Source: Thainema sp. (lineage in GTDB: Bacteria > Cyanobacteriota > Cyanobacteriia > Phormidesmidales > Phormidesmidaceae). Taken from it: a stretch of 22,788 bases of DNA. The translations under genes and the position numbers were made by a program. The notes beneath the pieces were generated by a model. The model was given only the letters and a program-made list of their open reading frames with translations. It ran no database searches and was not told the DNA's origin. This document shows, piece by piece, positions 16,007-22,788 of this stretch; positions within the stretch are counted from its first letter, which is position 1; every line of letters begins with the position of its first letter. Location of the stretch: the NCBI GenBank assembly GCA_052168235.1, contig JBQLZK010000087.1:1-22788 (forward strand), written 5' to 3'.

Positions 16007-16639
16007 ATGCCCGATATCCTCGACGAACTCAATGAAAAAATTGCCGAGCTGAAACAACTAAAAGCAGAAGTGCTAGACCCCGCTATCAAAAAGCAAAGCT
16101 ACGATCCGGCTGCTGACTTGGGTAAGGCAATGGCCCACACACAGCAAGGGGGCATTGCAGCCGCAATTAGCGCTGGGCTTCTGGGGTTGGGTAGTGCTGG
16201 CCAGCATCACCTTCAAGAAAGTGTCGTTCGAGCTGCTGATCGGGTGAAGAGTGGCGATATGAGCGACATCGAACAGGTGCTAGCTGAGCAATTCCTGCTG
16301 TTCAACGCATTAACCCTTAGATATGCGGACATCGCCAGCACCAGCCATGCTGAAAGCCAAGTGAGAGGCCCGCAAGCGCTGGACATGGCGCTGAAGTGCA
16401 GCCGCGCTACTCGGCAGATTGGAGCCGCGATCGCGGGCATCAAAAAGCCCAAAAAAACTACGTTTGTCAAAAATCAAGTTCAAAACATTCTGGTTGCAAA
16501 GCTGGATGCACTGGAAGAGAAATTAAACCGATTGGAGGTTGCAACCAATGCCAAGATGGACGTCGGAAGCGCGGGAAGCACAGCGCCAGCGGATCTTGAA
16601 GCAGCAGCCGTGGAAGTGTTCGACCGGGCCAAAGACTGA
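16007..16639 (+). CDS. Hypothetical helical protein
   Basis: 210-aa ORF that overlaps the next gene by 92 bp. Confidence 0.75.
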   Translation: MPDILDELNEKIAELKQLKAEVLDPAIKKQSYDPAADLGKAMAHTQQGGIAAAISAGLLGLGSAGQHHLQESVVRAADRVKSGDMSDIEQVLAEQFLLFNALTLRYADIASTSHAESQVRGPQALDMALKCSRATRQIGAAIAGIKKPKKTTFVKNQVQNILVAKLDALEEKLNRLEVATNAKMDVGSAGSTAPADLEAAAVEVFDRAKD

Positions 16640-16766
16640 AGCGGGTAAGGCCAAATCGTCGCAGAATGCCTTAAAGCATGGGTTGCGGAGTGCTGAAACC
16701 GCTGAACTGAAGCGGGCAATTTCGGAGCTTAGGCGATCGGTGCGGGCTTTGGCTGAGTCAGCTTAG
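16548..16766 (+). CDS. Small basic protein with an STGPKT-GK-SSQNALKHG motif (HGGxSTG-related)
   Basis: GGAGG RBS at 16534-16538 and ATG 16548. Contains PWKCSTGPKTEAGKAKSSQNALKHGLRS. Confidence 0.8.
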   Translation: MPRWTSEAREAQRQRILKQQPWKCSTGPKTEAGKAKSSQNALKHGLRSAETAELKRAISELRRSVRALAESA

Positions 16767-16919
16767 GGGAACCTTAAGGGAACCAAATTAAGGTCACTAT
16801 AGTAACCTTGCCCGTCACCTTAAAACCTTGCTCAAAGAGGCTTTGAGCTGATTGGGGACGATTGAAAAATATACCTGGAAATATACTTATCTGTATATTG
16901 ATGTATTGGCAGAATTTGA

Positions 16920-16944
16920 AAGGGCACCCGCTGAGAGTGCCCTT
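16920..16944. terminator. Hairpin between convergent genes
   Basis: aagggcac-ccgctgaga-gtgccctt. Confidence 0.55.
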
Positions 16945-16962
16945 GTTCGTTTCTTGTGGGGG

Positions 16963-17358
16963 TTAGCAGGGCAGGTTGCTACTGGCAATCTCAAGCGCCC
17001 TTGCGCCCTCTGGACAGCCTTGTTTTTCGGCTTCAGCCGCTAACATTTCCGCCAACTCTGCCAAACTCACCTCGCTCGCCAGTTCTCCCACAATCCGCTG
17101 AGTGCGTTCGTTGGGTGTGATGCGATCGCGCCGCTCTTCTTCCAGCCGCGACAGGGTATCGCCTGCCGTGTCGATTGCGTCAATTGCTTCGTGATAGCCA
17201 CCTGCGATCGCTTCCTGCCTGATGAAACAGATAACGTCTGACAACCACAAATGCCGCGTAATGACTTGAACAGCCCGCTGAGCCGTTTTGTGTTCCTCCC
17301 GTCGCAACTCAGAGCTTACGTGTGAATCTAAGTTTTCTAGTACGGTCATTGCGTCCAT
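16963..17358 (-). CDS. Hypothetical protein with an internal duplication
   Basis: Re-started at ATG 17358 (MDAMTVL), which has a GGAG RBS at 17366-17369. Confidence 0.7.
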   Translation of the reverse strand: MDAMTVLENLDSHVSSELRREEHKTAQRAVQVITRHLWLSDVICFIRQEAIAGGYHEAIDAIDTAGDTLSRLEEERRDRITPNERTQRIVGELASEVSLAELAEMLAAEAEKQGCPEGARALEIASSNLPC

Positions 17359-17428
17359 GATTTTTCTCCGATTGATTGGTTGGTAAGGGTCATCTGCGTT
17401 TAACGGATGCGCAACCCCCGCTGATTGC

Positions 17429-17554
17429 TTAGCCTTGCTGCTGAATCGCAGCCGCGATCGCGTCTTGGCCATGAAGCCGAATTAATGCGTCGAGGATGTC
17501 GGGTAAGTCATACTCGGTAAGGCTTTCGAGGATGTCAGGGTGTAATTTTTCCAT
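17429..17554 (-). CDS. 41-aa acidic small protein, below the ORF-track cutoff
   Basis: MEKLHPDILESLTEYDLPDILDALIRLHGQDAIAAAIQQQG, with GGAG upstream and the same orientation as the operon. Confidence 0.55.
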   Translation of the reverse strand: MEKLHPDILESLTEYDLPDILDALIRLHGQDAIAAAIQQQG

Positions 17555-17617
17555 TGGGTCAATGCTCCAGAATGTGGCGTTATGTGTCGTGTTGGGGGGC
17601 TTTTTGCCCCCTGTGGA

Positions 17618-17851
17618 TTAGTGCTCGTCAGTGCGAGACTCGAACTGCTCTGACCAAACTGCGATCGCGGGCGTGCGAACGATGCGATCGAACAGGTCAG
17701 GCCGACGGCGGAGGCGGCAGAATTCCTCCTCCCAGTGCTTCAGATAGTCTGGGTGAGAGGATTGCGGCATGAGTCCATGTGCCCCGTCGCTTGCGCCTTC
17801 GTAGGCCAGTGCAGATAGAGTCGATACGGGATTGAGAAGTTGTGCAATCAT
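17618..17851 (-). CDS. Phage-like small hypothetical protein
   Basis: AGGTG RBS and operon orientation. Confidence 0.6.
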   Translation of the reverse strand: MIAQLLNPVSTLSALAYEGASDGAHGLMPQSSHPDYLKHWEEEFCRLRRRPDLFDRIVRTPAIAVWSEQFESRTDEH

Positions 17852-17961
17852 GAAATCACCTGTAACGGGTAGTGAGGGCGATTTGTACTTTGGTCGGTGC
17901 GATCGCCCTCGTTTGCATTGGTGGGAGTTTTTGCGGCCTGCTCCAAAAGGCGACGGGATTG

Positions 17962-18369
17962 TTAGGCGAGGGCTAATGCCTCCACCATTTCACCCTTACG
18001 CATGTGCTTGTTTTTGCCGTGGACGTTGCGCCACTTGATGCCCGCGTCGGTGCAGTGTTTGCGGAGTTCGGCGGACGACATGTTTTCGTACAGAACTACA
18101 TCGCACTCGCGCAGTGCTGCGTCAGTGTTGGCCATCGCTTCAGCCAACTGCTGACCAAAATCAGCCAAATCCAGTTCGATAGGCTCGAACTCAACGGGAC
18201 AAGCGAACGGCGTTGATTGGCCTGTCAGTTCCGGCTGGGGCGCTTGATAGGCGTGAACCTCTTGCAGCTCAATGTGACGCGCTGCAAAGCCAATAACGAA
18301 CGCGGTAGCGAAGAACAGGAAAGCGGAAACAGAAACGAACTCGAAGGCGAAAGTAAAAAAGTTAGACAT
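17962..18369 (-). CDS. Protein with an N-terminal TM segment and a C-terminal Rho_N/SAP-like helix-extension-helix domain
   Basis: Start MSNFFTFAFEFVSVSAFLFFATAFVIGFA. C-terminus YENMSSAELRKHCTDAGIKW...MRKGEMVEAL. Confidence 0.7.
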   Translation of the reverse strand: MSNFFTFAFEFVSVSAFLFFATAFVIGFAARHIELQEVHAYQAPQPELTGQSTPFACPVEFEPIELDLADFGQQLAEAMANTDAALRECDVVLYENMSSAELRKHCTDAGIKWRNVHGKNKHMRKGEMVEALALA

Positions 18370-18408
18370 TTGAATTACCAAATAACGACGTGCCCTGTAG
18401 AGGTGGGC

Positions 18409-18513
18409 TAGGCAATCGACCGGATTCGATCCGATACCTCGCGGCTGTGCGATCGCAGAAGTGCGGTGCTTGCTCCCCTTTCGGGTTGGTGGCAACATTC
18501 CCTTCGGTTGCCC
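18409..18513 (-). ncRNA. Putative tRNA-like structured RNA in the leader of the leftward operon
   Basis: GGGCAACCG/CGATTGCCT closing stem, T-arm-like ATCGG-ATCGAAT-CCGGT, and GNRA hairpins CCC-GAAA-GGG and GCC-GCGA-GGT. Confidence 0.5.
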
Positions 18514-18580
18514 AGTCTGCTCTCGCCCGCAGTTTGCGCCCCGTGCCCTGGGGTGGGTTATTTAGCTATCCATGTCTCTA

Positions 18581-18609
18581 ATACTAACTACTAGTTTGTG
18601 GTTTGTCAA
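18581..18609 (-). promoter_or_regulatory. Sigma70-type promoter (TTGACA-17 bp-TAGTAT) overlapped by AACTA..TAGTT operator-like boxes
   Basis: -35 at 18604-18609 and -10 at 18581-18586; divergent from the XRE gene. Confidence 0.75.
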
Positions 18610-18685
18610 CAACTAATTTGTAGTTTGCAGTTTTTGCGAAAATAGTTTACAACTAGTTAGTAGTTCGCAAATATAGGAGGGCTGT

Positions 18686-18937
18686 ATGTTGGCCGCGACT
18701 ATGAAGGTACGAAGGACTCGGGAATGGGATATTCCCTCGTTGCCTGAGCAATTAAAGAAAGCTGCTGAAGCATCTGGAAAATCAGTCGTCCAGATCTGCA
18801 AAGACGCGGGCATCTCTACCGCTTTCTGGTATCAGATGCTCAAGGGGAACCGGGATAGCATCACCTACGAAACGCTTGAAAAGGTGTGTGATGCGATTGG
18901 CGTAAAGATGAACTCGTTAGGGGTAGAGGTGGATTGA
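18686..18937 (+). CDS. XRE/Cro-family HTH transcriptional regulator
   Basis: LKKAAEASGKSVVQICKDAGISTAFWYQMLKG...ITYETLEKVCDAIG; AGGAGG RBS. Confidence 0.88.
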   Translation: MLAATMKVRRTREWDIPSLPEQLKKAAEASGKSVVQICKDAGISTAFWYQMLKGNRDSITYETLEKVCDAIGVKMNSLGVEVD

Positions 18938-19254
18938 TGACGAATTTCATCGGCAAAAAGGGGCTAAAGCGCCGTGGATGGACTAACAGCCTCATGAAAA
19001 AATTTCTTCCAATCAATACTTCAATCACTTTGGATCTAGTTGCCGAAATTGAAGAATCTGAGGCTTTTAAGTTGGCAAAAGCCAGATCTGCGCTCTTGGT
19101 TGAAGAAAACAAAATCAGAAGCCAGCAGCGCAAAGAAGATGACGAGGCATTGATACGCTTTCAGTGGGAGGTGCTGTCAGAAGGTCTGGGGAAGTTTGCA
19201 GATCCCGATGTTGTTATTGACGCTTTTTGTGGGTTGCAAAGGATGAAAACCTGA
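18934..19254 (+). CDS. Hypothetical protein coupled to the XRE gene
   Basis: Start overlaps the XRE stop. Confidence 0.65.
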   Translation: MMTNFIGKKGLKRRGWTNSLMKKFLPINTSITLDLVAEIEESEAFKLAKARSALLVEENKIRSQQRKEDDEALIRFQWEVLSEGLGKFADPDVVIDAFCGLQRMKT

Positions 19255-19284
19255 GATGGTCTGAGGTTTGGTGGAATCACCCAA

Positions 19285-19491
19285 CTATAGAAGCCGCAAT
19301 GGCGAGCCAAGAAGTGACAACGGAAGCCGAGCGATAATCTGCGATCGCAACTGGGCACACTGAAGCCAAATGTATTTCCATTCGCTCGCCTGCTCTCTAC
19401 CTTTGAGGCGAGCTTTTTTATTAAGGGCAGCCAATAGAAAAGCCCCAGCAGTTGCCAGGGCTGAACCCGAGTCGTTCTTTAATACGCTCAT
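19285..19491 (-). CDS. Possible small hypothetical protein
   Basis: 68-aa ORF with weak support; it lies beyond a terminator. Confidence 0.35.
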   Translation of the reverse strand: MSVLKNDSGSALATAGAFLLAALNKKARLKGREQASEWKYIWLQCAQLRSQIIARLPLSLLGSPLRLL

Positions 19492-19571
19492 GCTCTCAGC
19501 CTCGCTAAGTTGATGGCGGAGTTAATCAGCACTGAGCAGGAGATGCACACTGCGATCGCAGATTGCCAATG

Positions 19572-19595
19572 AAAAACCCCGGTTGCGTACCGGGG
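19572..19595 (-). terminator. Rho-independent terminator closing the leftward membrane-protein cluster
   Basis: Minus strand reads CCCCGG-tacgcaa-CCGGGG-TTTTT. Confidence 0.7.
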
Positions 19596-19609
19596 CATCA
19601 TCAAGATTT

Positions 19610-19984
19610 CTAGCCACAACTGGGAGATTTTCCGAAGCAGGGCGTTGCGTCTTGCTCGTACCAGGGCGTTGCCTTTTCGTTTGGTGCAAGCGGGTCTGGA
19701 TTGATAGCCTTTGGGTCAGGTGGCAGCACGGCGCAAGGGGGAGGTACGATGCAGGTTTTCCAGGTGCTGGAGTCATCCGGATCGACGGTGGGTTCTTCCT
19801 GCTCTGGCTCCGTCGGCGTCGGTGAGGGTTTGGGAACTTCAATCACTGGAGTTGCAGCAATTCCCGATTCTGCGATCGCAACGGGTTTCCTCCGCTGCGA
19901 CATAATCAGCAGGAGTAGGAGAGCAGTTCCTAGTGCCAACCATGCCAGCAGCGGTAAATCTTTCTGCTGAATCCTAACGGCCAT
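19610..19984 (-). CDS. Single-TM protein with a Pro-rich linker and four C-terminal cysteines
   Basis: TM segment LPLLAWLALGTALLLLLIM; overlaps the upstream stop. Confidence 0.7.
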   Translation of the reverse strand: MAVRIQQKDLPLLAWLALGTALLLLLIMSQRRKPVAIAESGIAATPVIEVPKPSPTPTEPEQEEPTVDPDDSSTWKTCIVPPPCAVLPPDPKAINPDPLAPNEKATPWYEQDATPCFGKSPSCG

Positions 19985-20381
19985 AGGTCACACCATCTTT
20001 AAATCCCTGATACTCAGCTTCAAGGCGCTGATTCTCCAGCGCTTGCTGTTCTGCCGTCCATCGTGCCCGCTCCTGCTTCAGCAGAGCATCAACCTGGGAT
20101 TGAGTTAGGGTTGGCTCTTGCGGCTTCGGTTTGAATGACTGAATGAGCAGGAGTAGCGCTACAAAGAAGCAGGTTGCTGCGATCGCAGCTCTCAACGTAT
20201 CCCAGTTGATACCAGATTGCGGAACGGTAAACACTCCGACCTGATCATGCGGCTCAACCAGTTCAGCTTGAATCGGCTGTGTCTGTCGCGCTAACGGTTG
20301 CGCTGCAACAACCGGGGTAGAGGTGGGGAGCTGTCGCTGCTGGTCGTGGGGAAGATTGATGTTGATATTGATTGGGTTCAT
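19974..20381 (-). CDS. Single-TM protein with a C-terminal coiled coil
   Basis: GAGG RBS. TM segment AAIAATCFFVALLLLI. Confidence 0.75.
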   Translation of the reverse strand: MNPINININLPHDQQRQLPTSTPVVAAQPLARQTQPIQAELVEPHDQVGVFTVPQSGINWDTLRAAIAATCFFVALLLLIQSFKPKPQEPTLTQSQVDALLKQERARWTAEQQALENQRLEAEYQGFKDGVTYGR

Positions 20382-20445
20382 AATGACCTCGTCTCTTAAG
20401 GGAGATAGGGCAGGGGCTACTTTTGCGGGTTCCCCTGCCTGCTAA

Positions 20446-20508
20446 CTAACGGCTTGTCAGTTTGATGATGATGGCTGCGATCTCAAGCCCGATAATCAGT
20501 TCACACAT
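20446..20508 (-). CDS. 20-aa hydrophobic peptide, followed by a hairpin at 20409-20439
   Basis: GAGGA RBS then MCELIIGLEIAAIIIKLTSR. The hairpin is ggcagggg/cccctgcc. Confidence 0.45.
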   Translation of the reverse strand: MCELIIGLEIAAIIIKLTSR

Positions 20509-20518
20509 GGGATAGTCC

Positions 20519-20905
20519 TCAATGGTTTACGGCGGCCAGCCACATGCCAGCCATTAATGCGGGGATAAGCAATAGGGCCGAATAGCCACTCATGCCAACT
20601 GCGATCGCACATCCGACCGGGATAATCGCAACCAGCAGTCCATAGAACAGGGTGCGACCGATGAACCGCAACCGCTCGTCGAGTCGGACAACTGCCACGT
20701 ACTCACCCAAATATCGGCTCATGGCTTCATCACTGGCCTGCGTCAGGCAAAAGCCCTTGTAGTTTTGGTCTAAGCGCTGTGAATAGCTGGACTCAGCCAC
20801 ATCAAACTGAAGGTCTGCCATGTGCTGCCCAATTGCGATCGCAAGAGTTGGATCGAACTCGTCCGGGATTTGCTCAATGTCGTTATTCATCGGCTTCACC
20901 CTCAT
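20519..20905 (-). CDS. Two-TM membrane protein; start may be 20890
   Basis: C-terminal hydrophobic hairpin; overlaps the upstream gene. Confidence 0.75.
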   Translation of the reverse strand: MRVKPMNNDIEQIPDEFDPTLAIAIGQHMADLQFDVAESSYSQRLDQNYKGFCLTQASDEAMSRYLGEYVAVVRLDERLRFIGRTLFYGLLVAIIPVGCAIAVGMSGYSALLLIPALMAGMWLAAVNH

Positions 20906-21278
20906 CTGGAGCGGTAATGTAGGCGCTGCGGATACTGCCAGCCTTAACCGCCATTCCGTTAAACAGCGTTGCCATCATGTAATTGGTGCGCTTCACCAAC
21001 TGCTGGCCACGTTCCTTAAACCGTTTCTCCATTCCGTGTTCAGCCGCATCAAAGGCAGCGTCTACCAGTTCCGTTCCACCCTGGACGAGCTGAGCGGGTT
21101 CAAACTGCTCAACGTCTACATTCACGTTGGGGTTCTCAGTCTGGACGGCTGGAGGGCGATAGGGTTTAGATGAAGCCTGCGATCGCGCCATCTTGCCACC
21201 GGCTGACGTATCGACGGAACGAGCTAGGCTGGCCTGCTGGTCTGCGGTCTTAGCGGGCTTGTTGTTGTTCGTGGTCAT
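20883..21278 (-). CDS. Hypothetical protein
   Basis: AGGAG RBS; 131 aa. Confidence 0.75.
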   Translation of the reverse strand: MTTNNNKPAKTADQQASLARSVDTSAGGKMARSQASSKPYRPPAVQTENPNVNVDVEQFEPAQLVQGGTELVDAAFDAAEHGMEKRFKERGQQLVKRTNYMMATLFNGMAVKAGSIRSAYITAPDEGEADE

Positions 21279-21335
21279 GGGGCTAATCTCCTGTAGAAAT
21301 CAAGTGGCTGAATTTTTCCGTTGCTAATGGATGGC

Positions 21336-21758
21336 CTATGCAACGGTGCTTGATACGTTGATGGTTTCTTGCTGGATACGGCGCTGATTGCGCTTGATGA
21401 GCATTTCCTCAATCCCGGCGTTACAGTCTTCCTGCGAGCCTCCAGCCAGTGCTACGACTGCCCAGATTTGCTCGTCAGTGTTCTCATTGATGAATTCCTG
21501 AATCTCACTCGTCAGGATTTGGTGACGACCTCTGGCGTACTGCACATGCCGATACATGGCGACACAGTACAGCGTCCGCACCTGTGTTTTATTCAGCAGG
21601 GAAAACAGGGGACGGTCAGGCCATAAAGTCTTGCAGTCCCTGCTGATTTGGTCTTTGGATGCTCCCAGCATTTCGATGACTTCTTTCTGCCGAAATCCGT
21701 CACACATATCCAAAAGAGCAGGAACGCGGGTTGTTGCTGGTCGTCTGCGTCGTGGCAT
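21336..21758 (-). CDS. HTH-containing putative DNA-binding protein
   Basis: Re-started at ATG 21758 (GGAG RBS). FRQKEVIEMLGASKDQISRDCKTL has an HTH pattern. Confidence 0.65.
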   Translation of the reverse strand: MPRRRRPATTRVPALLDMCDGFRQKEVIEMLGASKDQISRDCKTLWPDRPLFSLLNKTQVRTLYCVAMYRHVQYARGRHQILTSEIQEFINENTDEQIWAVVALAGGSQEDCNAGIEEMLIKRNQRRIQQETINVSSTVA

Positions 21759-21779
21759 GAGATGTAGTCTCCATAGGGG

Positions 21780-21975
21780 GTTTGCAAGTTTTGAAGGTTT
21801 TTCGCAACGTTGCATTTTTTGGCGGCAAAATTGCAACGTTTCCGAACAAAAGCATGAGATAGTAACGATTCGAGGGGGTGACTTGCAATCTAGAATGATG
21901 CTGAGATAGCCCAAAACGGTTGTGATGACTGGGTTTTAGCGGTTAAATCGCAAGTCAGAGTTGCTATAGCAACTC
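21780..21975. repeat. GCAACGTT/TTGCAA repeats and a perfect 18-bp palindrome directly downstream of the FtsK gene
   Basis: gcaacgtt at about 21804 and 21833, several ttgcaa, and gagttgctatagcaactc at 21958-21975. Confidence 0.6.
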
Positions 21976-22788
21976 AATCGGAAAAATTGCCGCTGTCGCC
22001 AGAATCGGTACTAGGGGGTGAATTTTCAGGATGGTCTTGCATGGTTAGCTCCAGAAATTCCTGCTGGGCGGCTGGCCAGCCTGCATCACCTTCAGCGACG
22101 TTCCACACGCGGCTGATGATGTAGGGGTTACTCTTGCCCTTGCTGCGTAACTCGAAGATGCGATCGCGTTTCTGGTCGCGGGTGAGTTTGGCAATCTTGG
22201 GAAAGCACCACTCTTTCAGGTCACTGATGGAGGTGTCATAGGCTTGCAGTCGCACCGGCTCTTCTCCACCTCGACGGGCCAGCATATCGCCTTTACCGAG
22301 TAACCGCTCACAGCCTGCCTGCTGAATGACCAGCTCAGAATCCTTATCTCGCTGGAGCAACAAGCCGATCCGATGGCCGATTTTGGCATCGACCTGACGG
22401 TGAATTGTCTTGCGATCGGGGGCTTGAGTGCAGAACAGAATCAGCCATCCGAACGTGGCAGCGACAGACATAACATCCGATAGGCGCTTCACCTGTGTGG
22501 GTTTGCCGTCGATGACCATTGACTCCTTTCGCATATCGGGAAAGCCAATGTGAGACTCGTCGAGAATCCACACCTTGTAGTCCGCTTTGGTTACGCCTTC
22601 GAGATGGTTAAAGTCCTCGATGTTGGACACACCTTGATAGGCGAATAGGCTGCGACGGTTTTCGATATCCTGCTCAACCCACTGGAGCTGGAGTTCTGCA
22701 TCCTCTTCTGAATGCCCGACCAGACGGTTAGCCGTCGATGGCCATTCCGCCAGGTAGGGGGAATTCTTGAGCGGGTTCAGTTCCGTAC
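21974..22788 (-). CDS. FtsK/SpoIIIE-family translocase, C-terminal part; enters from the window end
   Basis: Frame is open to 22788. It reads TELNPLKNSPYL...DIENRRSLF...GVSNIEDFN, Walker B VWILDE, LFCTQAP, GCERLLGKGDML and RLQ, followed by an HTH-like tail. Confidence 0.9.
   Translation of the reverse strand, partial: TELNPLKNSPYLAEWPSTANRLVGHSEEDAELQLQWVEQDIENRRSLFAYQGVSNIEDFNHLEGVTKADYKVWILDESHIGFPDMRKESMVIDGKPTQVKRLSDVMSVAATFGWLILFCTQAPDRKTIHRQVDAKIGHRIGLLLQRDKDSELVIQQAGCERLLGKGDMLARRGGEEPVRLQAYDTSISDLKEWCFPKIAKLTRDQKRDRIFELRSKGKSNPYIISRVWNVAEGDAGWPAAQQEFLELTMQDHPENSPPSTDSGDSGNFSD

Larger units (their letters stand above)
1..22788. mobile_element. Near-complete cyanobacterial plasmid or episome, probably circular, about 23 kb
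   Basis: Rep primase-helicase, ParA plus RHH with centromere-like repeats, a TA pair and an FtsK-like gene split across both ends. HIP1 is dense and no housekeeping genes were recognised. Confidence 0.85.

Noticed and set aside
16790..16809. Protelomerase telRL site
   Set aside because: The palindrome is short and no protelomerase gene is visible.
18409..18513. Canonical tRNA gene or attP tRNA fragment
   Set aside because: No D-arm or 7-nt anticodon loop could be assigned, the length is atypical and no integrase is present. Kept only as tRNA-like.
18389..18560. Mini-CRISPR or theta/HDV ribozyme
   Set aside because: There are only two imperfect repeats with a ~130-nt spacer and no cas genes, and I could not build the HDV nested double pseudoknot.
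19488..19601. 37-aa ORF coupled to 19285..19491
   Set aside because: It runs through a clear terminator hairpin and has no convincing RBS.
1..22788. Complete prophage
   Set aside because: No capsid, portal, large terminase, tail or integrase genes were recognised.

Overview
The window appears to be almost the whole of a ~23 kb cyanobacterial plasmid or phage-related episome. It carries roughly 35-40 HIP1 octamers (GCGATCGC, counted by eye). One FtsK/SpoIIIE gene is split between the two ends in the same frame and strand, which suggests a circle opened inside that gene. Modules: (i) a leftward cluster of an FtsK/TraB-like DNA translocase with coiled-coil and membrane proteins that wraps around the junction, with no relaxase or T4SS recognised; (ii) an RHH regulator and a P63C/antirepressor-like gene; (iii) an AT-rich repeat region with a DnaA box; (iv) a 1266-aa primase-SF2 helicase Rep (CyRepA1-like) with a long palindrome inside its 3' end; (v) a run of small paralogous genes and two tandem paralogs that join a minimal Rieske [2Fe-2S] motif to an unrecognised His/Asp domain; (vi) a GNAT/DUF1778 toxin-antitoxin pair; (vii) a type Ib ParA/RHH partition system flanked on both sides by AATGCAGT repeats; (viii) a phage-like XRE switch whose leftward transcript carries a tRNA-like structured RNA and other RNA structures. 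No recombinase, capsid, transposase or CRISPR was recognised. All family assignments come from motif recognition by eye; no searches were run.
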